Positions 35,336-48,728 of a stretch of DNA of 64,000 bases are shown one piece after another; the first letter of the stretch is position 1, and each line of letters starts with the position of its first letter. The stretch lies in assembly GCA_964234715.1 (NCBI GenBank), contig OZ174278.1; one strand, given 5' to 3'. Source of the DNA: Podarcis melisellensis. Its lineage: Eukaryota. The position numbers were made by a program, and so were the translations under genes. The notes beneath the pieces are model-generated. The model saw only the letters and a program-made list of their open reading frames with translations. It searched no databases and had not been told where the DNA came from.

Positions 35336-37341
35336 TGCTATGTGGGTCTATTGTCAGCTGAGAGGTCAAGTCTGGGTCCCTCTCTGCTGCTCCAACCCAG
35401 CATAGCACAAAGTCCAAGAAACCTGCACCTGTTCTGCCTTGACTGTCAAAGCTTCAGATGGGAAATGGCTCTGCTTCTCTGACCATCTCCCAGGCAGGGC
35501 TAGCATTGCTGTGTCCCTTCTGGGCAGACTTGTATAGATAGGACTGGGGAATCTAATCTGAAATAGGCTAGATGAAAATAGGAACAGGGTAATCTTTGTT
35601 CTTAGTCAAGAACACTTTTGTTTCGGGCTCCATCATTGATTCTTGCTTTGCAGAGCACCGGCAACAGATTGCACTGGAGGGAGTGTGGCTTTCAACAGAA
35701 AAAAAAGGTTGCCCACCCTAATGTATAGCAGCTGTTAATCAAATCCAACCCATTGATAGAAAATAGCAACTACAGTACAATTAGCTGCTTGCTTTAAGCT
35801 ATACTCTGTGCTCTTACAGGCCTGTGATAGTCGGAAAAGAAATATAACTCATTCTCTTAGCTGCTGTCAGTTCCTCAGATCTATCAGGGTCAGAACAACC
35901 ACCAGCTCTGGGCAGTGGAAGATGAAGATGTGACGCAGAGCCCAGAATCAGATGAGAAAGCAGTTCCTTTATGAGCATAACTACGGTTCCTAGTGTCAAG
36001 TGGGTTAGAGCACATGAAAGTGTTTGGATTTCAGCTCAGAGGGTCAAGCATTTTAATATCAGCTTCGCTATGGAATTTATTGACTCAAGCACATGTTCTT
36101 CCTCCTACTCCCTCTTTTTCCAGCATTCAGTTCCTGAAATATATATGATGATGCATGCAGCCAAATAGCAGGTTGCCATAGGAACTGTCACAATCCCACA
36201 TCATCCACATCTTTTTAAAAGATGGTCGTTTGCGCTTACATAAAACAGCTTGTTTCCATTGCATTTGCAAATCGTTCTGGAAAGATGATCTCATCGATCA
36301 CAATTTGACTAAAGTGAGTTTATGCTGATTTGAATACAGTCTTATTTTCCGCTAGTTTTTGTACAAATCACACATTACCAACTTGCATCAGCACTTGTGT
36401 ATTGATTAGCAATGAAGGTTTAGTGTCTAATGCTATTTTCATCTGATACATGAAAAGGTGTTGGGGCTAAAAATGTAACAGTTAGAACTAGAAGGGAATG
36501 CTACTAATGAGTTTCTTGGGCATGTAGCTTACAGTGTTTAATGAGCTCCTACTATTAAATAATCGAAGTAACATGCTTATCATACTTTCCAGAAGAACTA
36601 GCGGCTTAATTATTTGAGATATCAGTATGTAAGCAGATATGTGAACTACGTATCACACAAGAAAACCTGGAACAAAATGTGTGGAGTTCTCCTGTTCATT
36701 GTACAAGTCAGCCAGCCATGTTATTCTACAATATTCTCCATTGCATTTCTTATATGTTTTTCTCAGTCAGCATTCAATCAGTCACTGAGGAAACTCAGTC
36801 CTCATTGAGCTAATTTGGTGGGTTCCCCCTCTGGTTTCTCCCACCTCTTTTTTTTTGTACTTCTACAACCTTGGGGTTCCTCTAAGCCAGCTCATTCCTC
36901 CCTTGTGTGTGGATGGTGCCATTTTGGGCACAGAAGGACTGGAATCTGTCCTTGAATTCTGGAAATAAGAAGGGTTGATTTAAAGCATATAACTATCATC
37001 TTGGAAATAATAGCAGCCATCAAGTAAAATATATGATAGAATCTATTGGATGTCATTCCTTTCTAGAGGTTAGCCTATACAAAATCCAGGCAATAGTATG
37101 TAATAAGTAGGGTATGGGAATAAAAAGTGACAGACACTATATCAAGGTGACTGTAGAACAGATAGATCCAGTTGACTCAAGAGGAAAAGTCATGCGCTGC
37201 CAAAGATGGCAGAAAAGCAATTTGGGGAACAATTAGCTCCTATCACAAAATATGGCAAGAACATTGCAGCTGGTTCACAAGAGTATGCACATCATTTGAT
37301 ATATTCAGCAGTTGCTCACATGCATCTAGATGTGGAAACAT

Positions 37342-37361
37342 TATAGTATAGTATAGTATAG
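37342..37361. repeat. (TATAG)4 microsatellite
   Basis: tatagtatagtatagtatag. Confidence 0.85.
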
Positions 37362-39769
37362 TCTTGCAGTTGATTAACCTGTAGTGATTAACCTGTGATT
37401 CTTACTCATATCTGAAAATATGCAGCCAATCTAGGCTTAGAGCTTTATATGAAGTAAAAAACAAACAAACCACCCAACAACTTCTTTTGTTAGGGTAAAA
37501 AAATAATGTGGTTTAGTTGTTCATAGCTACAAAGGTGGGGAATTCTTGTACAAAGATGGGAGTAGCATACAAATGTGTGGGATTCTGCTATAGTATTGCA
37601 TTGGAAACCCTGCCTCTTCCTCACCAAAGCTAGCTAACTACATGGAGAAACAGAGAATACCATTCTTGTTTTAGCAATACTGTGGGACAGATATAGCTTT
37701 GTGGTGCTGTGATGTCACCAAGCTTGTTTCTTGATCCCCGATTGGGTCATGGAAATGGTAAGAAGAATCCTAATGATAAAAAGTGCTAGAACTGCTGTCA
37801 ATAGGAATCATGAGCAGGAAGAGTGAAATGCACACACCCTGAAAATGTTCACCTATGAGAAATTTCAGCCCTTTTTTTTGGCTCAGCCATTTCAAGCAAC
37901 ATCATTTACAAGGTCAGAAGCATCTGGTTGTTTTAGTGGGCACATTCCCATCCCAGCAAAAGTGAATTTCATTTTCCGTTATTTCTGTCACACCGCTTAC
38001 TTAATTGAATGGCCAGCCATTTTCACTTCATTATTTCCCCCATTTGACGTATAGATTTAAATTATGGTAACAATTGACACTAATTAGAAGGTAACTTTAT
38101 AGAGACCAATATAACTTGATGAATTTGCAATTGCAACAGCAGCGAAGGCAGTGGGTAAGTACATTTGGTGACACAAATGTTATACATTACAGGACTTAAT
38201 TTGCACATAGGATGTGCTTGGCTATTGTATATCTGGACACACATGAAAGAATATAGGGGTAAACACGTCAAGCTTGTATGCTGCCACTCATTTAGTTTGA
38301 GCTGCATTGACAGCATCTTGAAAATGTAACACTGGATTAAATGCAGATGTCACTGTTGCCGTTCTCTGTGAATTATGCAATGCATACATGTTGTGCAATA
38401 GGGTGTTCAATGCACACCAAGACCAGAAAGAAGAGGTGAATGTGGAGGAAAGATGAAATGGGCACAAGACTTATTTATGTGTCTCTGCAATAGAATACAT
38501 TGTACATGGAACAATTTTATTGCTTGCCTTCATCACCCACAGGACTGCAGCCTAGACTACAAATAATATAGAAATGGCTTAACCTTTGTTAATAAATGCT
38601 GACTGCCTTCCTGAACCTTCTTCTTTACTAAGTTTATGAAGAAATTAATCAGTACAAAAAGCAGGGAAAATAAAATCATATCACATTTGGATAGTAATAA
38701 AATAGATTTTAATACCACAGCTCGAGTCACATTCTTATTGATTTGGTGAATTTTAATAGACACAGTTCTAATGCAGATAAATTAAAAAGGGGTGGCAGAA
38801 GAGGAAGGAGAATTGAAAATCTTCCATTGCTAAGGACTTAAATGCCAAGATTTTTCTTGTAAGGAAGCACAGAGTGATAAAAGATAGAGGGAATAACAAA
38901 TAAGAGAAGAGTAGATTAGTCATCTGGTCTAACAGAGAGGGAAATAAATCACATTTGTCTCTCCCATCCCATGTGTTTAGCTTCTATATGCATTAGTCAC
39001 TTCTCTTATGGATCAACTGACAGACTCACAGATTTATTAATTGCCTCTCAGACAGTCAGAGGAGCAATTTGTGTGGCTGCTCAGAGGAAGTAGTATAGGA
39101 TGCACTTTCAGAGAGTAAGAGGAACCTGTTTAAAGAGCCTCCAAGATATCAAAGCGGAGAAAGTGATGATCAGAACACAAAGCCTAAACCAGAATTAAAC
39201 TGCTGTTGACTACCATACCCACAGAAAGTATTATGTTGGGATCGAGACCACGGTGGGTCAGACTGTCTGTGGTGTGTGTCATTGAAATCCTATTGCTTCA
39301 GAAACAGGCATACTGAACAAACAGAACATTATTTTCTTCTTCATAAGAAAACTATACCACTTCTTCAAAGTTTATGCGATATAGGTGTTTCTATAGCAAC
39401 TATCCTTTTTATTGACTTATTTATGTAAAGCAAAAAGATATGCATAAATTTTCATTGCATAAATTATTGCTGGGTTAGATTTCTAATCCATGTGTCTATA
39501 TTTGTATTTTTTAAAAAAAAAATGAAGAAATGAAGTTTGCAGAGTAAATGAAGTAACTTTAACCTATCGGGGGGGGGGGAGGCAGAAGTATCTAAGCATC
39601 AATAGGACATAGCACTTGCAGTCGATGACAGCTGAAGTCTGTATTCCACAATGTTAAGACTGTCAAGACTGGGATGCTCACAGCTTTCCTTGCTTCCACC
39701 CTCTCCCAGAACAGCCAGCCCAAATGTGCCTACCAAATGCTGTGGCGCTCCAAAGTTTCATTCTAGTCC

Positions 39770-40098
39770 CATGTAAGCAGGGGGCGAAGTATCCCATTTC
39801 GCCACTTGAGTCAAAATGGGACTTGCCCCTTTGCCTTGCTGCTCCTGCTACTCCCACCACCACCTGCTCCTGCCGCACACCCTGCCACACCTTCTGGTGA
39901 TGGAGAAGAGGCACCATGATTGATGCTGATCTCGCCCCAAATCACGCGAAACATTGTGTGCACCACAAATCTCACATGCCGCTGGTGGCAGTGCTTCTCT
40001 GCCACTGGTGGAGGGGGGGCACCAATGGGTGTGCCACCTGGGGAGCTTTTGTTGCCTGATGCAGCAGCCTCACCCTGCCTAATGCTTGGCTGGCTCTG
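39770..40098. mobile_element. Decayed GC-rich hAT (Tip100-like) non-autonomous element
   Basis: Reverse complement of the right end reads cagagccagccaagcattaggcagggtgaggctgctgcatcaggc; repeated cgcc/tgcc subterminal motifs. Left end unclear. Confidence 0.45.
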
Positions 40099-41640
40099 AA
40101 TGTACATTTCATTAAGTCCAACACTTACCTGTGTGTTTCCTTTAAAATTGCTTGCAAAGTTGCTCAAATGCTCATGCCTCACCTACAGCTCACCTTTACG
40201 CACCAAGCATGGCCTAGCCAAATTTAGTTTGCATCACTTGTATTTTACGAGAACTATAAATCAGCAGACATTTCTCTCACACAATTTTTTTTCCTTGCCC
40301 AGCATCTATCTTGATGAATTATTTTGAACTAAAAAGCTTAACTTAGAAAGCTGTCTATTTCTCTTTACATTTTAGTTGTCCCTCATGAATATATTATTCA
40401 ATTATTATTGGGATTTTCACCCTTAGTCATCCAACTTGCAATATTTTCCCTAGTACATGTGGACAAGCCAAGCCTATATTTACTCTTCCTAAAAAAGGCC
40501 CCAAAATCCTCACAGAAATTATGACGGAAACAATTGTTCCATTCTAAGCCACAGACTTTTATGAGTTCTGGATGCAAGGAGGTGTTTATTGTGTTGAAGG
40601 TGATGTCAAATTGAAGGGCAGGCCATATAATGTGTTCTGCTTGTCTTTGCAGAGAAACTAAACCAGTCAATCTTAAAAAAGAGCTCAAGCACTCTAGTGT
40701 TTGCACAAGCCTTGGCAAAACAAAAAGTGATGCTCAGTATTTGATCTCTGATATATTTCTGAAATTATTTGAACTGCACTTTAGACTTCAACATGACACG
40801 CTGACAATGAAATATGGCATTGTCATCTTGTCTGTGAATCCAGGAGAAGAAAATGGTGCCTTTGATTCTATATAGCAGCCTTTGCCAACTTGCTCCCTCC
40901 AGATGTTTTGAACTACAACTTTCATCATCCCAGCTAGCATGACCACACGCTGACGTCTAAAACACTTCAGGGCACCAAGTAGGTGAAGGCTGACATACCA
41001 CAAAGCCAATTCTTGGTTTCTGTCCCTTGCCCATGTTGCACAATTGGTACATCCCTCTTGGGCACAAAGGCACAAATCTGAAGCCTTAGGACTTGAAAAT
41101 GGCCTCAATGTATCTCCATCAACAACCATGTGTAAGACACTTCAATAAGAACAGGTATACCTTGTGTCTAGGGCTAGGCAATCTAAAATAGTCATAAGGA
41201 AGGGAAAAGAAGGAAGGAAGTGTATGGAAGCAGGTACAGAATAGGGGATTATTACTATTACACATACCCTGTCTTAGATAGAATAAGGCATAGGTGCTAG
41301 GGGGTGTGAAAAAACAGCAATTCCAGGGGCAACAGGGCAGGGAAGTCACACATGGTTTATAGATGTTTAAAACAACAAGAGCAGCCGGTGCTACTTTCCA
41401 GACAAGGGGAATGGCCATAGTACATGGTCACAAACTTCACATGCAAAAATGTGAAATGCTTTGCAGGAAGCTATGGGACCAATTAAAACAAAGCAGTATG
41501 CAGGCACAAACATTAATGAAAGTGGCAACAGGTATATCCAGCCTCTGGTGCCTTTATGAGCACAAATAATCATGAATGCCCAATAAAAAGGGTTTCTGGA
41601 GGGACCTTTCATATCTGCCTGCCTGCCTTACAAACACAGG

Positions 41641-41820
41641 AACATAGGAAGCTGCCCTAATCCAAGTCAGATATTTGGTCTAGCTTATTCAGTTCTCCCG
41701 GCATAGACTAGCAGAAGCTCTTCAGGGTTCCAGACAGAAGTGCTTTCTGGTCCTACCATGAGATGCCAGGTATTGAACATGGGACTTTTTGCATTCAAAG
41801 CATGTGCTCCCCTACCGACC
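41641..41820 (-). mobile_element. tRNA(Ala)-like-headed SINE with CR1-type tail (others ~5315-5500, 50250-50765, 56061-56230, 58512-58690)
   Basis: Reverse complement has gagcacatgctttgaatgcaaaaagtcccatgttcaatacctggcatctc (tRNA-Ala-like) and ends gcagcttcctatgtt. Confidence 0.7.
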
Positions 41821-41949
41821 TTTCGCTTACAGCATTGGCTTGTTTTGTGTTGTCTCACTGCAACCTTCATTAGCTGCAATGTGGGCCTGTGGTTCAACCA
41901 GCTCCTACATTCTGTGTGCCTCTGTATAACTTCATACTTTGTTCTACTG

Positions 41950-42174
41950 CAGTGTTTCCCAAACTTAAAATAACCGTGTACCCCTTTTGAGAGTTTAGTC
42001 ACTGGTGTATTCCTTCTCAGCCGAAGATAATTTGGGGGTAGTTTTAATAATACTATTTTCTGTATCTTTAAAAAAAATCTATGATATAATAGAATTTTAA
42101 AAATCTGCCATGTACCCTTTGAAACCCTTTTGCATACTGTCTGTGGTATGTATGCCACATTTTGGAAAACACTG
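41950..42174. mobile_element. hAT-Charlie-type MITE
   Basis: TIR CAGTGTTTCCCAAA...TTTGGAAAACACTG; subterminal gtacccc repeats; flanks ttctactg / tcctatag resemble the Charlie NTCTAGAN target. Confidence 0.8.
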
Positions 42175-42679
42175 TCCTATAGGCTTCAACCTGCCAAGCT
42201 TGGACATTATTTGTTGCTGCTGGCAGGGTATATGTGTCTGGTGGCACGCTTGCCTACAGATCGAGTGGAACTTAAGCACAAGTGCTTCCTTTTGAAGAAG
42301 GTGCTACAATGGGCAATCAGATAAATTGCCTTCTCTGAAATATGCACTACTTTTGAAGCAAAGCAGTCCTTAATGATAACATTTTCTTACTGTCACATTT
42401 CAACTTCCATGTGCATAAGCAATTAGTCTTTTAAAAAATTATTTCTTAAAAAAATATGTTTAGCTGCCTCCAAGGCACTTGAAAGGAATTCGAGTATTTT
42501 GAGCTATTTCATTAAGTTTGACATATTTTACTGACTATATTAAAAATTAGTTCCAACCACATTTCCTCCAACGTTTTGAATCATTTTGCTCTTTTGCTAA
42601 TTGTGTGACACCATCCCCAATTCTCCAGATGGAATTGTGAATTGTAAACTCCAACTTAGTTATTTAAAGTGTATTCACA

Positions 42680-43661
42680 CTCAAATCAAAATGGCATGCG
42701 TTGTCAAATCATCACATGTAGCAGACTTTGCCACCACCTGTCTTTCATTGTGAAAGACAGCTTGACATTTTGCATCTAAATTCCTCTCTGTTTTCAATCT
42801 GTATATTGCCAATACTAAAGATCTTACATTGTTTCTGCTCCTATAATCTCAGTTAAGACTATAGATTACAACTAATAAAATATTATAATCCAATAATCTA
42901 ATCTTTAGAATGTTTATTTGTTTAGCGGTGGCATTGTCTATTTGTGTAAAAGCAGTTCTCTGAGTTCAATTTCCAATCTTCATAGGTGCCATTTAATTCT
43001 TTACCTACTGAATCTGATAGGAACTTAGTGAGCTCAAACCTATCACCATCTTGATGTACCTTTAAAGCATCACCAACTTCAGTCACTTTGTTATTACGTC
43101 TCATCTGTGGGGCTACAGTCAGAATCCCTGTCTTAGTGAAGAGAATGCAGTGTACCAGTGAGGACATTCAGACCAGAAACTTCCTTTTATAATGTGTCAG
43201 TTCTGCTAGAGATTCCTTCTACTGTTTGTTTTGTCAAGAGACATTAGTTGCTTAAAAGTTGCCACAGTGAGGGAGTTTCAGTCTGTTGTGGCCAAGTCTA
43301 TTATGGCAAAATTGTTATGATGCATTGTTGAAGTTTTGTTATATGGGTGAAGCTGAGGTTGCCTGGAAGCATATGTATCAGCTCCATCAAGTCCAGATCA
43401 ACTGATAAGCTAGCTAAACTTTCATCAGAGGAGTATGTAGCAAAATACCTTACTTGGGAAAAGGCATCTCTAGCCCTATTTCTTGTACACTCACCATATA
43501 AGGAACCAGGGCTGAACATAAATTAATTGTTTGGCCTCAGTCTCTCTTGTTCCAGCTGCTGATTCACAATAGTCCACCACAGATTTCTGGACTAAATTTG
43601 GCAATGGTGTTCCAGATAATTTATCTGAAGTACTGTGGATCTGTGCTCGTGTGGTAACCAT
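42680..43661 (-). mobile_element. Probable decayed L1-clade ORF1
   Basis: Fragmented minus-strand frames: MVTTRAQ...QKSVVDY from ATG at 43661, and later KQINILKIRLLD...*DYRSRNNVRSL (42822-42848), resembling the L1 ORF1p coiled coil plus E.RSRRNN.R motif. Confidence 0.4.
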
Positions 43662-45296
43662 ATTAAGACTGTTATAAATGGCAAAGTCTTCCTTGTTGGA
43701 GAGGAGCTTCTAATATTTCCTTATCAGCTAAACTCTCCCAGTACCTGTGCTTCAAATTAAAATAAATGGCTTTTAAGCCCACCTAAAAGTAAAAGCCCAC
43801 TTCCTCCTAGGGATGTTAGAGAATTCTGACAAAAAGGAAATGGGAGCAGAAATTGCCGGTGTCTTCTTATTCATCCCATGTCTGGCACAGAAGTCAACCC
43901 AGTTAGTACAATCAGTATTTGTTGCTGTTGTTGCTTTCAGTCCGCAAAAGATACATAATTATGTCCTGCCTCCATTTGCATTACTTTTCCTTTGCATTAA
44001 AATGAATGCGGAAAATGGAGAAGATGCTGAAAATGGAGGCGAGGAAGAGCAAACCCCAAGCCAAATGACTATTCCAATGGACTCATTCCTTCCCCTCAGG
44101 AAATCCCAGGAGGCTTCCTCATTCATTAGGTGGAGTAAACTCACCCCCAACTAAAGTTTGGGAAAGGTATCCTTCAATGCAAAATCGCCTAAAGCTTTGC
44201 ACAAACACATTGCATACATTTCCTTATATGTCTCAATATTTTGTGCCATAGAATAGGCAAAGGTAGTTGAGGTACCCTACGAGGCAGCTATACATACGGT
44301 ACAACAGATTCCTGAGAAGTGCTGGATTGAGGAATAGTCCTGATTTGTGGAAGAGACAGCTTTCAGAAAAGGAAAAATATGTTATCCTAATTAGCAATGC
44401 ACAAACTTAGCTCAGCTCAGCTTTGAATTATTTCTATCTTTAAGAATTCTCAGGAAAAGCTAGCCTTTGAGACTTCTCAATCAGCTCACAGGACCAGCAT
44501 ATTGCCTGGCCTTAGCATTTTCAACTGCCTATCAAAATTTAATCACTAATCATTTATCACAGCTCAGACAGAGATCTGCAAACTTCCCAATCTAGCTTTG
44601 CCCTCAGCTTTCAGTATAGTCACTGGCAGCAGTACAGCCCAGCAGCAATGCTGCTCTGATTTCTCATAGATCATCAACCCACATCACTTGTTCTTGTTTT
44701 GTATTTGTTTGCCTTTGTGTCGTCCAGCTGCCTGTCACATGCAATGTCCCTGCCGAAGGAGGGCCTTCAGAAAGGATCTCAAAGGAAGCTGCCAAAGCTT
44801 CAGTTTATTTAGGTCAGAGAGCTGTGCCAATATCCATCAGATAAGCAAAGAGACTACAGAGTTCCCTTGATCCCAAAGCTCAGGATCTTTGCAGAGCTAA
44901 GTTCTGTGGGCAACAGCTCAGGGACCCCTCTGTTCCCCAGAGCCTCAAAAATCAGCCTTTGGGGGTGTTTGCACAGCTGCGTTACAGCTGTGATTATTAG
45001 TGTCCTGAGCTTGAAAATAAGAATAGACTAAAAGCAAAGGAAGTCTGTCTGTTTTATTGACTGTTCAATGAAAAAATACATATATTTCAAGTAATTTTTG
45101 GTGCATGTATGTACATGCCAAGTAGGCTCATCAGCTTGGATACTGACCATGTGCATGCAGAGCCTATAGAATCCTTTTTATATTCCAAATTGGAGAATCT
45201 TTTTTTTTTTTTGAGGGGAGGGAGATATATGTGTTACCAATTAAGTGACCTGTTAAGCATTCCAAGCTCGATAAACTAATATTCTGAATCAGGCAA

Positions 45297-45638
45297 TGGC
45301 GCTGTGGTCTAAACCACTGAGCCTAGGGCTTGCCAATCAGAAGGTCGGCGGTTCAAATCCCTGCAACGGGGTTACCTCCTGTTATTTGGTCCCAGCTCTT
45401 GCCCACCTAGCAGTTTGAAAGCACATCAAAGTGCAAGTAGATCAATAGGTACCACTCCGGCGGGAAGGTAAATGGTGTTTCCATGCACTGCTCTGGTTCA
45501 CCAGTCATGCTGGCCACATGACCTGGAAAAACTATCTGCGGACAAATGCTGGCTCCCTTGGCCAGTAAAGCGAGATGAGCACCACAACCCCAGAGTCATC
45601 CGTGACTGGACCTAACGGTCAGGGGTCCCTTTATCTTT
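45297..45638 (+). mobile_element. Sauria SINE (Squam1), near full length
   Basis: tggcgctgtggtctaaaccactgagcctagggcttgcc...ggtcaggggtccctttatcttt. Confidence 0.93.
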
Positions 45639-48189
45639 ATGACATCAATAACCTGTATGACTCTGCAATTGATCCCTAAATTATGTAGTCTGGGGGGGAA
45701 ATTCACATTAATTTTTATGCACCTGCAACTGAGAAACTAGTCCTTCCTCAGCATTATCTATTTGGAATTTCAGCAGCAGAGGTGAGCCATTTTGAACAGG
45801 GGCTCCCTCTCATCTCTTATACCCCATTGTGTGAATTTGCTCCAGCACCAAAGAACAGAACTTCCTTCACACCATTTAAGAAAAAACAAATCTGCTGAAA
45901 ACAATGGAGTGAAGACAGATTGTGTAGGATATAGATTGCAGCCCCATTCAGGAGGAGAAAGAAGGGCTGGATGTCTGCACTGGAGAGTCTTCCCTACTAT
46001 TATAGCACCCCTCTATCATCCATGTGAAAGAGAATCCCAATCTTCCAGGTTTCTAAATCATTCTGATTTCTAAATCTGCCTAGATGAGCATAGGCATCCC
46101 ATGGCAAACACCACATGGAAAACTTAGGGGATGGTAATGCAACAGACGTTATGAGGCCAAGAATCACGTCCACGTTGTCTGTCCTCATGAAGGTAATTGT
46201 GCTGGCGGATGAATGCCTGAGCAGAGTTTAGATCACTGGGTGAAGGAACATCATGCAATCCTCATGAAGATCCACAGATGACAGATCTGCCAGGGCAACA
46301 GGAAGAAGTAATTTGTGCAATACTTTCAGGCACTTGTTCAGTCACTGTCATCTTCATCAGGATCATTGTCACCTTATTGCATTTATTGAAAGGGCTAGCT
46401 GTGCTGTACAGCAAGACTTTAAGATGATTCCCTGCCTGCTTGCAGTGCAAAATTCTGAAATGTCGAGTTATGAGTCATGCAATTAATTTCACCATTCTGG
46501 TTGGAGGTTGAGCTCTAATTTGCAAGTTTGTGTTATGATCTGGACAGTGAAGGATGCTTTTTTACCGACCTCTTTTAGGTTTTAGTACCACCTTCCCCCA
46601 CCTAGTGCCCTCCTGATGCTTTAGATGCCACCTCACTGGCAGTGCTGGCTGAGGTTGATGGGAGTTGCAGTCCCAAACATCTGGGCGACACCAGATTGAA
46701 GGTTGGTTTAGCGCATTACACATTCTAATTATTAATAGACAGCTAGCTGCAAAGACAAATTGTAAAGGTTAGGATTACTCTAGCCTCGTAATGAAAACCC
46801 CCTCAAGGCAAATACATTGATTCAAATATTTTCTCCTCCTAATAGAATAGTCTTTCCTCTTATAGAACGTGAAAGAGCTTTTTTATTTTTCAATTAGACT
46901 AAAAGCATGTGAAATATTTTTGCCTTTCAACAATGCATTTCAGGTATTGTGTTAGTAGTAATCTTTAGAATGCAGTTGGTTTTCTTCAGCATGCTTGGAC
47001 TTTCAATGTCCTATCTTGAAATATTCCCTTGAAGTGTGATAATCAGTGAGAATTTCAACAACTCAATTATCTTTTTTAAAAAAGAGATGACAGGTAAGTG
47101 TACTTGGTTCATGGGCGTGAGTAAATGACACTCTGTTGTGTCCCAATCCTGCATTTTAATTATCTATTAATCTGTTATGTACTCATATTAATTCATTCTG
47201 TTTTAATATACTGTCTTCCTGATATCTTCTAGCAAGCTTGTGTGTTTTTGCATTTTAAAACAAAGGCCTACATGTTTAAACCAAAAAAAGTTTAAAGTTA
47301 CATCTAAAACAAATCTGAGTTACATATCCTGTCAGCATGGCTCTGTCTTCCCCACATAGGCTCACTTCAGTTCATGCATCTCTCAGACCATAAAACATTT
47401 ATCAGGTACAATGTGATGCTTTCTGAGCAGTGTCCTTCAGTCTAATCTTCAAGTCATTTCAGCTGAATCAGGCATTAAGGAGAAGGTCTTATGCCACTGA
47501 TGTGAAGCTTCTTACTCTTTTGTCAGTGGGATCAAACCTCAAGTCCTAAAGGCAGCCCCTCTCCTTGTTGTCAGAAAATTCAAAGTTACGTCAAGGCATC
47601 ACTTAGCTGATTTCCACGTGGAGAAAAAGTTCTGCTGCTACTCCCTTCTGTTCCAAAATCAAAAGAGATGCTAATAAGTCTGCACTTCAGCACTCAATAT
47701 AACTGAGATCAATTTAGTAAGCACCAACATGGAAACAAATAGGCTCTTTATAGCCATTAATAAAGGACAGTAATTGCTGACATTAGTCATGGCATTTAAT
47801 TTCACCAAAGCAGTAGTTGGACATTTTGCTTTCCTCAGGTGATGATTTTCTGCAAGTCATTTTCAAGCTCCACAGCTTATGTTTTATAAATAGGCATCCT
47901 TTAGATTGCAACAAAACAGCAGCTGAATATATTGAAAATGCTACTTCTTTTAACAATGAAGAATGTATAGCTACTGAACAGCAATAACCTACATAGCATC
48001 CTCCAAATAATGTTGGACTACTACTCCCATTAGCTCCAGCCAGGATGGCCCATTGTTAGGAATGATGGGAGCTGTAGTTCAACAATATCTGGAGGATACC
48101 ATGTAGGTAAGTCTGATTTAGAAGATACAGATTGGTGTTGAACAGAGATGAAATCCCAAGTTTCTAAGAACCCCAAGTGCAATAGTACT

Positions 48190-48295
48190 GTTGTACTCAG
48201 ATCCTGCTAGTAGCCTTCCTACAGGCATCTGGCTGGCCAATGTGAGAACAAGATGCTGGACTAGATGGGTCTTCTTGCATTCTCATAATCTTAAG
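48190..48295 (+). mobile_element. CR1-type 3' tail fragment
   Basis: ccttcctacaggcatctggctggccaatgtgagaacaagatgctggactagatggg; antisense relative at 57290-57380. Confidence 0.6.
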
Positions 48296-48390
48296 AGTGC
48301 ACAAAAGAAATATTTTTTGGCTCAATGAGTTTAAGATTCCCCCCCCCCCAGGGACTATAAAAAGGAACAATGAACATTCTATGTAGTACA

Positions 48391-48728
48391 AAAGGTAAAA
48401 GCTAAAGGACCCCAGGGCAGTTAATTCCAGTCAAAGGTGACCATGGGGTGTGGCGTTCATCTTGCTTCAGGCCAAAGGAACCAGCATTTGTCCACAGACA
48501 GCTTTCCAGGTCAAGTGGCCACCATGACTAAAACGCTTCTGGCACAATGGGAAACCAGAGTGTACGGAAATGCCATTTACCTTCCTGCCACAGCGGTACC
48601 TATTTATCTACTTGCACTGGTGTGCTTTCAAACTGCTAGGTTGGCAGCAGCTGGGACAGAGCAACGGGAGATCACCCTGTCATGGGGATACGAACAGCCA
48701 ACCTTCTGATCGGCAAGCCCAAGAGGCT
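48391..48728 (-). mobile_element. Sauria SINE (Squam1), antisense
   Basis: aaaggtaaaagctaaaggacccc...ggtacctatttatctacttgcactgg...ccttctgatcggcaagccc. Confidence 0.9.

Noticed and set aside
39114-39211. Frame SKRNLFKEPPRYQSGESDDQNTKPKPELNCC* ending in CC, like a prenylated C-terminus
   Set aside because: Weak acceptor, upstream in-frame stop and no match I can identify; would need TBLASTN support.
40653-40875. Strong acceptor followed by a 70+ codon open frame (similar case at 60170)
   Set aside because: No convincing donor and no recognisable protein.
41685-42158. 157-aa minus-strand ORF
   Set aside because: Spans a hAT MITE and a SINE; no domain signature.
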